Positions 26,970 to 36,749 of a stretch of 64,000 bases of DNA are shown here, in pieces. The position numbers and the translations under genes are program-made. Source of the stretch: a virus. Within the stretch, counting starts at the first letter, position 1; each line of letters opens with the position of its first letter. The DNA lies in IMG/VR virus record IMGVR_UViG_3300042938_002732, positions 1 to 64,000 of that record; one strand, written 5' to 3'. The notes beneath the pieces are model-generated. The model searched no databases, had not been told where the DNA came from, and was given only the letters and a program-made list of their open reading frames with translations.

Positions 26970-27100
26970 TCCGGCGGGGCAGCGAGGGCACTGCGCCACT
27001 CAGTCGTAGCCTGGGGCGGGTCGATGTTCGGTCGGCCCTGACTTGCTGAAAAAGTGCAAGGAAGCGCATCGGGCAGGTGAGCGACCTGGCCCCCGTCGGA
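26970..27100 (+). ncRNA. candidate multibranched structured RNA 1
   Basis: Closing stem TCCGGCGGGG/CCCCGTCGGA encloses several hairpins (GCAG/CTGC, GGGC/GCCC, CTTGC/GCAAG, CAGGT/ACCTG); intergenic. Confidence 0.5.
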
Positions 27101-27125
27101 CCTTTTGTTGACCTGTTGGCTTGAT

Positions 27126-27260
27126 GTGAGGCGAAGCCTGGAGTCAGGCGGCGAGCGGGGAGCCTTGAAACCCGTATCCTAAAAAGGAATCACCACCCAA
27201 GCGGCAACACACGGGGCCGCTACTGAAACCGTGATCCGGAGTCACGCCCGGACGCCTCAC
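27126..27260 (+). ncRNA. candidate multibranched structured RNA 2
   Basis: Closing stem GTGAGGCG/CGCCTCAC with five internal hairpins; GTTGAC box upstream and T7 tract immediately downstream. Confidence 0.6.
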
Positions 27261-27331
27261 TTTTTTTGTCGGAAAAACGCATACATTTTCCCGACAAAAC
27301 TCCTGCTCGTTGACCTGTCGCGGCGGGGCGT

Positions 27332-27772
27332 ATGGCAAATGTAAACAAGGTGATATTGATCGGGAATGTGACGCGGGATGTGGAGGTAAAGTCCACGCCG
27401 AAGGGAACGGCTGTGGCAGGCATCACGCTGGCGGTGAATCGCAGCTACAAGACGGACTCGGGCGAGAAGCGCGAGGAGACGACTTTTGTGGATGTGGAGT
27501 TGTGGGGGCGTGTCGCGGAGATCGCAGGCGAGTATGTGAAGAAGGGGAATCCGCTCTACGTCGAGGGTCGGCTCAAGCAGGATTCCTGGGAGGACAAGGA
27601 ATCGGGCCAGAAACGCACGAAGCTGAAGGTGGTGGCGGAAAACATCCAGCTTCTGGGTTCGCGCCAGGGCGCGGCGAAGGCCACTCCTCCACCCCTGGAG
27701 GACAAGGTGCCTTCCGTGATGCCGCCCGCAGAGACGGAGAGGGAATTCCCGCCTGATGACATCCCGTTCTGA
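27332..27772 (+). CDS. ssb: single-stranded DNA-binding protein
   Basis: NKVILIGNVTRD, YVEGRL, C-terminal DDIPF. Confidence 0.97.
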   Translation: MANVNKVILIGNVTRDVEVKSTPKGTAVAGITLAVNRSYKTDSGEKREETTFVDVELWGRVAEIAGEYVKKGNPLYVEGRLKQDSWEDKESGQKRTKLKVVAENIQLLGSRQGAAKATPPPLEDKVPSVMPPAETEREFPPDDIPF

Positions 27773-27834
27773 GTCAGTTGACCTGAGCGGAGGGGCATTA
27801 TGGAAAATGTTTTTTTACTGTCGGGTGAATAGCC

Positions 27835-28161
27835 ATGGCCTTCGACGATTCATTCGCGCTGTCTGATGCGGTGGCTTTTGTGGAGATGGGTGCGCCGGTG
27901 GCGATCAATGGCACGCAGATCATGGCGATCCGGCAGCCGAACGAGATCACCAGCACGGCGGCGGACGGCGGTTTCGCCCGCGACGACTCGGCGAAGTTTG
28001 AGATATCGCTCTCGGATTTTACGCAGTTTGCCGTGAAGGTGGGCGCGAAGGTCGTGCAGGGCACGGAGAGTTGGCGCGTCGGCGCGGTGCGGCGGCGTGG
28101 CGGCACGGTGGATCTTGTGTGTATGAGCACGAGCGGCCAGTCGGGCCGTGGGGAATTTTAA
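27835..28161 (+). CDS. probable head-tail joining protein (gpFII-like)
   Basis: 108-aa beta-rich protein at the start of the neck/tail module. Confidence 0.5.
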   Translation: MAFDDSFALSDAVAFVEMGAPVAINGTQIMAIRQPNEITSTAADGGFARDDSAKFEISLSDFTQFAVKVGAKVVQGTESWRVGAVRRRGGTVDLVCMSTSGQSGRGEF

Positions 28162-28164
28162 TTT

Positions 28165-28572
28165 ATGGATGAGGTTTTAGGAGCTTTGGAGACGGAGATC
28201 GCCGCGCTTTTCATCGCGGACAATGTGGTGGACTGCCCCGTGCTGGAGGGCGGGGCCACGGGCGACCGCCCCGACGAGTATGTGAGCGTCGTGAGCATGG
28301 AGGCGGAATACCGCGCGGGCAACGCCTACCTGGTGGAGATGGAATTCCGCTCGGTCGTGCCGCTGGATGACATAGGCGCGGTGCATCGGCAGAAGCTCCG
28401 CTTCCGCCAGATGGTGGACTATATCAACGCCCCCGCCTCCCCCTTGCGCGCCTACGAGAGCCCGACGCTTATGATCCACGGCTTGGTGATGCGAACCTTA
28501 TCGAGCAAGACCGGCGAGCGCAGCCGCGCCGAGATCGCCCGGGTCCGCTTCGGGGCCTCGGCGCTGCATTAG
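28165..28572 (+). CDS. probable tail completion/terminator protein
   Basis: 135 aa; syntenic position before tube-like genes. Confidence 0.45.
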   Translation: MDEVLGALETEIAALFIADNVVDCPVLEGGATGDRPDEYVSVVSMEAEYRAGNAYLVEMEFRSVVPLDDIGAVHRQKLRFRQMVDYINAPASPLRAYESPTLMIHGLVMRTLSSKTGERSRAEIARVRFGASALH

Positions 28573-28609
28573 TTGACGGCTGGCAGGAGGGGGAAAAGAA
28601 GGATTTTTT

Positions 28610-28945
28610 ATGGCACTAAAATTAGCATCAGGATCAGACCAGCTTAAGTTTGGCACGAAAGCCGGTGGGGGGCTTGACTTGGATACTCTCAGCCGCTCCA
28701 CGCAGAAGAAATACGGCTCCGAGGTGGAGATCGTAAAGGGTAATGGCGAGGTTAATGACGTGATCTACTCGGGTGCGGAAAATACCATTACCGAAACCAA
28801 GATTATAGACTCTATCACTTTTCCCGCTGAAAAGATTGGTGACGGGACTCTTAATAGTGGCGGGATTATAACTCGTATCTCCCTACAGGCCTCAAATGAG
28901 GATCTGGTGCGTGTGGAGACAGAAAAACTGGAAATTGACATTTAA
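28610..28945 (+). CDS. small tail-tube-like structural protein A
   Basis: Beta-rich 111 aa; similar to the next gene (KGNGEV/NGGGEV, ASNEDL/ATAEDF). Confidence 0.5.
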   Translation: MALKLASGSDQLKFGTKAGGGLDLDTLSRSTQKKYGSEVEIVKGNGEVNDVIYSGAENTITETKIIDSITFPAEKIGDGTLNSGGIITRISLQASNEDLVRVETEKLEIDI

Positions 28946-28957
28946 GGAGAAAATATT

Positions 28958-29314
28958 ATGGCACTCATGCTACTATCTGGTGGAACATTTGACGGCATCA
29001 CTGCTAGTGACGCCGTGCAGGTTGGGATCACGCACATCACGCAGGCCTCGGTCGAAAAAAGCGCAGGCACGGTGGTGCGCGCTAAGAATGGGGGGGGCGA
29101 GGTTAGGGCCGTGCTGACGGGCAAGGAGATTATTACGATGAATGTGAGCGGTTACTCGACCAATGCGGACGGTGCAGCGTTGGGTGCTGATATCAAAGTG
29201 GCGAATATTACTGGAAAAGTCATTTCTTCGAGTATCGAGGCCACGGCAGAGGATTTCACCAAATTCTCGGCACAGGGCCGCGCGCTTTCGCTGACTAAGG
29301 ATGCGCTGACTTGA
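28958..29314 (+). CDS. small tail-tube-like structural protein B
   Basis: Beta-rich 118 aa; followed by a strong terminator. Confidence 0.5.
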   Translation: MALMLLSGGTFDGITASDAVQVGITHITQASVEKSAGTVVRAKNGGGEVRAVLTGKEIITMNVSGYSTNADGAALGADIKVANITGKVISSSIEATAEDFTKFSAQGRALSLTKDALT

Positions 29315-29346
29315 TCGCTTAAAAGAATCGCTGTTGTTTATCAAGG

Positions 29347-29376
29347 AAGCCCGCTGGTCTCCCAGCGGGCTTTTTT
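29347..29376 (+). terminator. intrinsic terminator
   Basis: AAGCCCGCTGG-TCTC-CCAGCGGGCTT followed by a T tract. Confidence 0.85.
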
Positions 29377-29398
29377 GTTGACTCGCCAAATCTGAGGC

Positions 29399-30202
29399 AT
29401 GAATGGTCAGCATTTTGTATTTGATGAGCGGTTTGCGGAGGCGTTTTTGCATGAGGGGCGTCCCGCGAGGGTTATGGGAATGCGGTTGCGGCCGTTTTCC
29501 TACTGGCACAAGGTGCAGTTGGAGTATGTGCAGAGCAAGGTGCTCTTGGGCGGTGCGGGATTGTGGGATGCGTGGGTGGCGGCAAAGGTGTGCGCGACTG
29601 AGTATCCGCAAAACGCGAGCTTCCGCAAAAGCTACTCGAATCTCTGGATGCTCTGCTGGCACGCGAGGTATGGCTGGCGCAGCGCGAAGCGCGAGATGGA
29701 GAAGCTCACGGCACACATCGCCGACTTTGCCAGCCCGCCGAAGCTCTGGAGTGGCAAGGGTAGCTCGAAAGTGCGGCTTGCCGAGGCGTTGGAGGAGATG
29801 GGCCGCCTCACAGGAGATGCTTCACTCCTGCAACGCGCCGCCGCGTGGCGCAACGACGCCGCGCTGGAGAAGGGCAAGCAACGCGATATCGATGACTCGA
29901 TCGAGCAAGTCGCGCTCTACATGAAGCAAGCCGGGCGCTCCGCCGAGGAGGCTTGGAATATGCCTATGGGCGCGCTCCTGTGGCTCAATGCCTGTTTCCT
30001 TAAAATGGAAGGCAGCGAGGTGGCGATCTGGACGCCGATGGATGAGCAGGTCTTCGAAGCGCACAAGCGCACCCGCTACCAAAACATCGCCAAGATCGCC
30101 GATGAGCTTCAGGCGGCGACGCCGATCCTGCCTCGCGACATGGCCTTTGCCCAAGCCTCTGTGCAGTATTGGGAGAAGGTGGTCGAGGCGCAGAAGGCGT
30201 AA
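29399..30202 (+). CDS. probable tail assembly chaperone
   Basis: Directly before the tape measure; C-terminal EEAWNMPM pattern of gpT-like domains. Confidence 0.55.
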   Translation: MNGQHFVFDERFAEAFLHEGRPARVMGMRLRPFSYWHKVQLEYVQSKVLLGGAGLWDAWVAAKVCATEYPQNASFRKSYSNLWMLCWHARYGWRSAKREMEKLTAHIADFASPPKLWSGKGSSKVRLAEALEEMGRLTGDASLLQRAAAWRNDAALEKGKQRDIDDSIEQVALYMKQAGRSAEEAWNMPMGALLWLNACFLKMEGSEVAIWTPMDEQVFEAHKRTRYQNIAKIADELQAATPILPRDMAFAQASVQYWEKVVEAQKA

Positions 30203-30226
30203 AGTTGACCTTGCCGCCTCGGGGAT

Positions 30227-33200
30227 ATGGCGATGCAAATACCAGGTGTGGGCGCTCAGGGCGCTTGGAAGACAATTAAAGGAATGGTAGCCGATACAGT
30301 GGGGCCAATGGCGATTCTGGGTATTGCGGCCCAAAAATTTGTCACTGCGTCGGCTGGGGCAGCGCTCAATGCACAGAGGATGGCCGAGGCGCTCAAGGCG
30401 AGTGATGGGGCGGAGCGGCTGAAGCAGCAGTTTGAGCAACTCATGGGTAGTTCCTCTGCAGCCAAGAAGCAGGTGGAGATGCTGGCGAAGGTGGCATCGG
30501 GGAGCGCGTTTAGTTTCGACTCGCTGGCCGATGCGAGCAAGAACCTGCAGGTGCTCACCAGTGGGGCGCTTAATAGTGAGCGCGCGCTCAAGAAGGTGCA
30601 GGATGTGGCGGCGGCCACGGGGTCGCCTGTGGATACAATGGCGACCGCTGTGGCGGATCTCTATAATGCGCTTAAGAGTGGTGATGGGGTGGAGGCCGCG
30701 AGCGGGCAGTTGCAAAACATGGGGGCCATTTCGATGGTGACGGCCAAAAAGTTGGAGGCGCTTAACGCCTCTGGCGTTGGGCTTGCCACCACCTGGCAGG
30801 TTGTCGAGGCGGATCTAAATAAGGCTAATGGCGCAGCGAGTGCCCTCGGCGGCACGATCGCTGGCTTGCAGCAGCAGCTTGCCAATATCCAGCAGGGCAG
30901 CGATACGAAGATCGGCGAGATGTTTGCCGAGGGCGAGAAGGCGGGGTTGCGTGCGGCGATCGGGTTTAAGAAATTCACTGCCGCTGTGGAGGAGGCGAAT
31001 GCTGGTCCGTGGGCGGAATTTAATGGCGCTATCAACTCGGTGAAAGAGGCGATAGGTGGTTTCTTGGGTGCTGTGGCTGAGACTGATACGGTAAAAAACA
31101 CCTTCAACGCCATAGCGACCGTGGCTGTTTCTGTATTACAGGCGCTTTATGTGTCGTTGATTGCGGCGATTCCTTTCTTCTTAAAGCTTGCGTCAGTCGC
31201 TGGGGGTGCAGCCTTTTCTGCGCTTTCGCGTTTTGCTGCGGTGGCGGGCGTCACCAGCGCGTCTGTTGGCAGGTTGGCGAACTCCTTAAAGGGTGCGCTT
31301 TTTAATGGGTTTACGGTCGGCGCGACCATAGCCACGGTGGCAGCGACGGCTCTTGCGGCTCAGATTTTGAAGGCAGCTTACGCTGTGGACGAGCTTAATA
31401 AGCAATTTCAGCAATCTAGCAAGGAGAGGCTGTCGGGGCTTACTGAATCCTATGTTGAAAGTGAAACAGCGAGAACTCCTGAAGAGCGGGATTCGGCAGA
31501 GAAGAGTATCAAAGCGAGGATCACGCAGTCCAAGGATAGGGAAAAGGCGTTTAGCGACCAATTTGATAAAGGTGGTAAAATGCTCCAGTCTTGGAACCCA
31601 TTTACAAAAATGGCTGGCGAATCGCTTATCGGGACGGCTAACCAGGGCGTAAGGCAAGAAAGGGAATACCAGTTGCAGCAGCAGGATGCCCTGTCTGCTC
31701 TTTCTGAAAACCCAATGGGGGCAGACCAGGAGCTTTTAAAAATCTCTCAAGAGAGAGTGAAGTTGGAGCAGCAAATCCGGGATGCTGCCAGGGATAGGAT
31801 TCAGGCTTCGGCTACTCCTGAGAATGCCGCCAAGATGGCTGCAACACAAAAGGTGAAGGCTCAAAACGAATTAAACTACGCTGAAAAGGCTACGGAAAAC
31901 AAGTATAATGATACTAAGAATTTGAATTCGGCGTCAGTCAAATTTCAAGAATCACAGGAAAAGCGGGATAAATATGTCGGCGATGTTGAAAAGGGTATTT
32001 CTGAGTCCCGTGATCTCATAAAAAAGAGCACCCCTAAAAGCATGAAATGGGAAGTAGATAAGGCTCTCGAAGAAGGTAATTTTGATGATCTGAATAAGTT
32101 TGCTGACAAGGGGATAATAGATAAGGGGGCTCTTGCGCAATATCGCGAAGGGCTGGCTACAAAGCGGAGTATGGGGGCAAGTCGGCCGGAGCTTGACTAT
32201 GGGGCTTTCAATACGAACGCCGTATCTGACAGCGGGAAGATACAAGCCGAGATCGCTAAAAGAACAGCGATGCAGGAAGAAGAGAAGACGGCTTTAAGGG
32301 ACGGGGACTCGGTGGCATTGAATAGCGTTAGGGCTCAAATGGTTGGATTAAAGAATCCGCTCACTGGCAAGTCCGAGCTTGAAGGTAATAAGGAATTTGA
32401 TGACCTGAATAGTGAATTGGCTGAGGCATTAAAAACGATGGATGTGCCGAGAATTCAGGATATTCAAGGGAAAATGGGCGAATTGTCCTCAAAGAGAATG
32501 GCTTTGAGTGATCAGCGGCTTCAGACTGATCTAAAAACAGCTTCTGACAAGGAGGATCCGAATGCAAAAAGAACGGCGCTTGAAAATGCAACTATAGTAG
32601 ATCAGCAAGCCAAAGAGGCTGTCGCGGCGGATACGGCATCCACTGCGGCTGGGCAGCGCAAGCTCAATGTGCAGATGCAGATCAATGCTCTGCAGGGTAT
32701 GGAGGGGGGTGACGGCAAGGCGGCAGCGGCCGAGCTGGAGCCGGAAATCGCGCAGTTGCAGAAAAAGCAAGAGGCCATGAAGAGGTTGGTCGAAGCGGAG
32801 GCGGCTGTCGATGCGGCGGAAAAGGGTGGTGACAAGGGGAAGATCGCCGAGGCGCAGGCGAATTACAACACTCAGCGGGTGGAAGCCATGAAAGCGGGCT
32901 ATAAGGACGGGGATACCGAGGATTCAGTTAAACAAGAAGTCCAGGGTGTGAATCAAGTCTTGCAGATCCGGAAGCAACAGGCTGCGATCGAGCAGGCTGC
33001 GGCGCAGCGACGGCGGGATGATCTCATGAATGAAATGAAGATGGTCAACCAGATCAGCCAATTACGACTACAGCGCACTAATGCCAAGATGGGGGATGAT
33101 AATGATCAGGGTAAGACTGAGCGGGATGTGAAGCTCGGTGACTTGAAGCGCAAGGAGAATGATCTGGAGAAGGCGCGGGGGGCGGCCAGTGAGCGAGATG

Positions 33201-33826
33201 CTGCCATAGAGGCCATGAATGGTGCGGCCACGAACGAGGAGCGTGATCGCTTGTCTGCGGTGGTGGCCGATAAAAAGAAAGAAATGGAGTCTCTGGGAGT
33301 AGATGGGAATGCGAGCGCAGGGGATGTGAGCACGAAGCTGGCTCAAAACAAGGATGAGCAGCAGAATGTGAAGGTGCAGCAGGTGCTTCAGCGCAAGGGT
33401 TATGAGGATGACGCGAAAATCGCCATAGCCCGCACGAAGGAAGACTATGGGGTAACGCGCGGTGAGCGCGAGGCGGGCCGTAATGAGCGCCGTGCGGCAG
33501 AGGATGATAAGATGAAAAAAACCTTGAAAGAAGATTACGAGAATAATCAGGGTATGAGCTCTGGCGAAGCGGAGAAGATGGCTGAGTTGGAGACCAAGAA
33601 GCAACGGCTTTTGGCCGATGATGCCGAGGCGGGCACGCCGCGTATTGATAGTCTTACTGCGGTGGGTGGAGGAGCGACAGGCTCGGTGGGGCCGGTGAAG
33701 GATATTCAGGCGGAAATCAAGAAGGTGAATGAAGAAATGAGGGGGTTGCTGGAATCGATCGTGGCGAGCACAAATGAGCAGATGTCTATAGTGCGTGGGT
33801 ATCAACCGGATAGCCCGGGCATGTAG
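30227..33826 (+). CDS. tail tape measure protein
   Basis: 1199 aa, Ala-rich and helical; N-terminal tape-measure domain (FEQLMGSSSAAK, DVAAATG); central hydrophobic helices. Confidence 0.88.
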   Translation: MAMQIPGVGAQGAWKTIKGMVADTVGPMAILGIAAQKFVTASAGAALNAQRMAEALKASDGAERLKQQFEQLMGSSSAAKKQVEMLAKVASGSAFSFDSLADASKNLQVLTSGALNSERALKKVQDVAAATGSPVDTMATAVADLYNALKSGDGVEAASGQLQNMGAISMVTAKKLEALNASGVGLATTWQVVEADLNKANGAASALGGTIAGLQQQLANIQQGSDTKIGEMFAEGEKAGLRAAIGFKKFTAAVEEANAGPWAEFNGAINSVKEAIGGFLGAVAETDTVKNTFNAIATVAVSVLQALYVSLIAAIPFFLKLASVAGGAAFSALSRFAAVAGVTSASVGRLANSLKGALFNGFTVGATIATVAATALAAQILKAAYAVDELNKQFQQSSKERLSGLTESYVESETARTPEERDSAEKSIKARITQSKDREKAFSDQFDKGGKMLQSWNPFTKMAGESLIGTANQGVRQEREYQLQQQDALSALSENPMGADQELLKISQERVKLEQQIRDAARDRIQASATPENAAKMAATQKVKAQNELNYAEKATENKYNDTKNLNSASVKFQESQEKRDKYVGDVEKGISESRDLIKKSTPKSMKWEVDKALEEGNFDDLNKFADKGIIDKGALAQYREGLATKRSMGASRPELDYGAFNTNAVSDSGKIQAEIAKRTAMQEEEKTALRDGDSVALNSVRAQMVGLKNPLTGKSELEGNKEFDDLNSELAEALKTMDVPRIQDIQGKMGELSSKRMALSDQRLQTDLKTASDKEDPNAKRTALENATIVDQQAKEAVAADTASTAAGQRKLNVQMQINALQGMEGGDGKAAAAELEPEIAQLQKKQEAMKRLVEAEAAVDAAEKGGDKGKIAEAQANYNTQRVEAMKAGYKDGDTEDSVKQEVQGVNQVLQIRKQQAAIEQAAAQRRRDDLMNEMKMVNQISQLRLQRTNAKMGDDNDQGKTERDVKLGDLKRKENDLEKARGAASERDAAIEAMNGAATNEERDRLSAVVADKKKEMESLGVDGNASAGDVSTKLAQNKDEQQNVKVQQVLQRKGYEDDAKIAIARTKEDYGVTRGEREAGRNERRAAEDDKMKKTLKEDYENNQGMSSGEAEKMAELETKKQRLLADDAEAGTPRIDSLTAVGGGATGSVGPVKDIQAEIKKVNEEMRGLLESIVASTNEQMSIVRGYQPDSPGM

Positions 33827-33847
33827 TTGACTAAAGGAAAGAGGCAA

Positions 33848-34564
33848 ATGACATCGACAATGCCTATGCGCCTGGGTAATGATGCGCCTGCTTATCTCTT
33901 AAGTGATGAAGCTGATATTGACAATGGCCGCACGATCGTCTGGCGCAAGCAGAAGGTGCTGGGAGCGAATGTTAAAATCACAGCGACAGATCTGGACCCT
34001 CCTAATCCTGGGGTTCCCTGCGGTTTAGTAAGTGTCGGCGTGCAGTGTGATGGGGGGGTGGCGGATATTATCTGGACATTCCGCTCGGAGTGGGGCAAGC
34101 CTTCCTATGAACTGCAAGGCTCCACTGGGCAAGAGCCGATCACGAGCCACCAGAAATACGCTCAACTTTACGAAAAATACGCGGTCACGGAGCGCGGAGG
34201 GGAACCAATATGGATGGAGAAGGATCCCGATGGCAAGAGTCAAGGCACGGGATTGAGTAAGGATGGAGTGGTTGTCTCCAATATAAGCCCGCTTTACGGG
34301 GTGCGGGACTACTTGGCGGCGCAGGCTGTATATCGGTATACAGAATTTTATACAGACAGGGTGAGTATCCCGCAGGACTTGGTGAGCAAGGTGGGGAAAA
34401 TCGATACGCCGAAAGAACTCAAGAACCCTGGTCCTGATGGGAGGTGGCTGCGCTGCGGGGCCAGTATCCGGCAGACAGGAGACGCTTTTCAGGTCACAAT
34501 CTCGTGGATGTGCAGCCAAAGTTCCAAGCCGGAGGGCCTTTGGAAGAGCGAAATTTATGGTTAA
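33848..34564 (+). CDS. tail-associated protein, paralog set X copy 1
   Basis: EPITSH, PLYGVRDYL, VGKID, WL motifs shared with the next two genes. Confidence 0.65.
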   Translation: MTSTMPMRLGNDAPAYLLSDEADIDNGRTIVWRKQKVLGANVKITATDLDPPNPGVPCGLVSVGVQCDGGVADIIWTFRSEWGKPSYELQGSTGQEPITSHQKYAQLYEKYAVTERGGEPIWMEKDPDGKSQGTGLSKDGVVVSNISPLYGVRDYLAAQAVYRYTEFYTDRVSIPQDLVSKVGKIDTPKELKNPGPDGRWLRCGASIRQTGDAFQVTISWMCSQSSKPEGLWKSEIYG

Positions 34565-35300
34565 GATTCACGGCAAGGCGGCTGAATCCGCGCGGTTGGA
34601 GAGTATCACTTGGCGCAAGCCTGCCTTGATCGAGATTACGCTCTCGCAGTATGAGGAGCCTGGCAAGGAGGCGGCGATGCCAAATTTAGCGGATTTTACA
34701 GATTTCAAGGCGACGCATGTGGGGTCGAAGCTGGAAGTTCATGAGGGGGTTCGGCGGCGGTTTTTCATTTATCGCATGGCAAAGAATATCCCGATGTCGC
34801 CCACTGAGCGGAATAGGCAAAACTACCAGGAGCAGTGGGGTGTGAACACGGTCTTGAATCAGCAAGAGATACAGCAGCATCCGAAATTCCCGCTGATTAA
34901 AAAGAAGTATAATGGCAGTGTGGTGAATGAAGTGGTGGTCTGGCCGAGATATATCCAGGACCCTGAATCGAAGGATAAAAAAGTGATCAAAAATCCGATG
35001 TTTGGCGTTAGGGGGTTTCTTGCGCCGGAGGTGGAGGTGTCTGTAGAGATAGGATATAGTGAATTCCCGATGGATTTCACGCAGATCAACGAAGTGGGGT
35101 ATATCGATCAGCCTTTGGGCTTCGGTTTTTTTGCAGTCTCGGATCCCACGGGGGGTGGGAATGCGGATTGGATTCTGACCGACAAATCTTTTCAAGTAGC
35201 TGGAATGGATCGCATAGAGAAGAAGTCTTGGCGCAGCCAGTGGGGCGGGTGGCCCAGGGCGGTCTATAGCGGTGGAATACAGGGAGCAAATTATGCCTAA
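34557..35300 (+). CDS. tail-associated protein, paralog set X copy 2
   Basis: SITWRKP, IQQHP, NPMFGVRGFL, VGYID. Confidence 0.65.
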   Translation: MVKIHGKAAESARLESITWRKPALIEITLSQYEEPGKEAAMPNLADFTDFKATHVGSKLEVHEGVRRRFFIYRMAKNIPMSPTERNRQNYQEQWGVNTVLNQQEIQQHPKFPLIKKKYNGSVVNEVVVWPRYIQDPESKDKKVIKNPMFGVRGFLAPEVEVSVEIGYSEFPMDFTQINEVGYIDQPLGFGFFAVSDPTGGGNADWILTDKSFQVAGMDRIEKKSWRSQWGGWPRAVYSGGIQGANYA

Positions 35301-36114
35301 AGCAAGTGGAGAAATTCCGTATAAGCTGGACAGTATTTCTTGGCGCAAGCCGGGTATATTGGAGGTGGAGATATCGACTTATGTGCTTTCGGATGGTTTT
35401 ACCATGCCGGCTGATCCGGATATTGCGGATTATTATGTAGCTGGGCCGGGTATCGATCCGGTGATGGAGGCGCGGCGTGCCCAGAACCAAGGCACTGCCA
35501 CGCGAGTCTCGTGGGTCTTCCGGGCGGGCGAAGAGTTGCCGGACTCGCCGACTGATCGGCAGAATAGCGATACCAAGTCGCAATGGGGTATGGCGGTCTC
35601 GCTCATGCAGGTGCCGATTACCACGCATCCGAGTCTAACTCGTATTATGGAAGTGGGGGGGGGTATATTTAAGGATGGCGAGGTGGATTTTCCGAGGATT
35701 TTGAACGGGGCGAGAAATCCGTATTTTGGCCTATCGGATTTTTTGGTTCCTAGTGTAACGATGAGCTGTGAGACTGTCGAGCCGAGTTCGCAGATGTCAT
35801 TCAGCCTTATTGACGCACTGGGATACTCTAAGAAAGGTGTAGAGCAGAAGCCGACCGGAAAGGGTGGCGCGGATATCGCATTCAAGTTTGTGGACATAAG
35901 CAAAGGCTCCGGCCGTCGCCCATGGTTGCTCATTGAGCACAGCGTGCGCCGCGCTGGGCATCAGCAATACGAGGTGAAGACTTGGCGATACGGAGGGGTG
36001 TTGGGGTGGGCTGATGCGATGTATGATGATGGGTTTAATTTTTCAAGCGCGGGAGGGAGTGCCGGGGGTAGCGCTGGTGGTGGTGTATCTGGGGGGGCGC
36101 TCGGCGCGGCATGA
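35293..36114 (+). CDS. tail-associated protein, paralog set X copy 3
   Basis: SISWRKP, PITTHP, NPYFGLSDFL. Confidence 0.65.
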   Translation: MPKASGEIPYKLDSISWRKPGILEVEISTYVLSDGFTMPADPDIADYYVAGPGIDPVMEARRAQNQGTATRVSWVFRAGEELPDSPTDRQNSDTKSQWGMAVSLMQVPITTHPSLTRIMEVGGGIFKDGEVDFPRILNGARNPYFGLSDFLVPSVTMSCETVEPSSQMSFSLIDALGYSKKGVEQKPTGKGGADIAFKFVDISKGSGRRPWLLIEHSVRRAGHQQYEVKTWRYGGVLGWADAMYDDGFNFSSAGGSAGGSAGGGVSGGALGAA

Positions 36115-36749
36115 TTCCTCTCCTGCTTATCCCCCGCAAGGCGAAGCGGGTGCATGTGGATGCCGGGTCTGGCATGGCGGTGCGTAAAATTTCGGGGAGG
36201 AATCTGCTCTCCCTACGGCGGCAGAGTGGGGCGAGGTTTGAGGGGTCGTGGTGGGTCACGGTGGATTCTGCTGGCCCGTCGCCGAAGATTATGGTAGATC
36301 GCGGGTATGTGAATAATATGGAGCCGACGATAGGGGGTGTGCCGATCGGCGGGGTGCTGCCGGACGGGGAGCCTGCGGCGGGCGGGCAGCCCTCGCTGGC
36401 CTACAGCGGCGGTGGTGTGGCTTGGGTGTGCTTGAAGATCACGCCCGATGCCAGTGGCAAGATCAATGCAATGGGCGCGGAGCCGAAGCTCACGGCGGAT
36501 GTAACGGTGGAGATCATGGGGGCGATCTCAGGCAAGGAGGGGGGGAAGAGTTGGTATTACCCCCTGGCCGCGCTATCCCAATACGGCAAGGTTGCGCAGA
36601 TGGCGTATTTTGACCTCTCGTGCAAGGCTTACAAGAAGGGTGGCGACAAGGACTGGCGGTATCGCTTGAGCTTGGAGGCGCTGACTTGGAGGAACTTGGA
36701 GGAAATCATTGCCGAGGATGAGGCGATACGGAAGGCGATCGCATCATGA
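36111..36749 (+). CDS. tail-associated protein, paralog set Y copy 1
   Basis: RGYVNNMEP, GGQP, VCLKI, AQMAYFD. Confidence 0.65.
   Translation: MIPLLLIPRKAKRVHVDAGSGMAVRKISGRNLLSLRRQSGARFEGSWWVTVDSAGPSPKIMVDRGYVNNMEPTIGGVPIGGVLPDGEPAAGGQPSLAYSGGGVAWVCLKITPDASGKINAMGAEPKLTADVTVEIMGAISGKEGGKSWYYPLAALSQYGKVAQMAYFDLSCKAYKKGGDKDWRYRLSLEALTWRNLEEIIAEDEAIRKAIAS

Noticed and set aside
29399-30202. Programmed frameshift in the tail chaperone
   Set aside because: A single continuous ORF reaches the tape measure; no second overlapping ORF is needed
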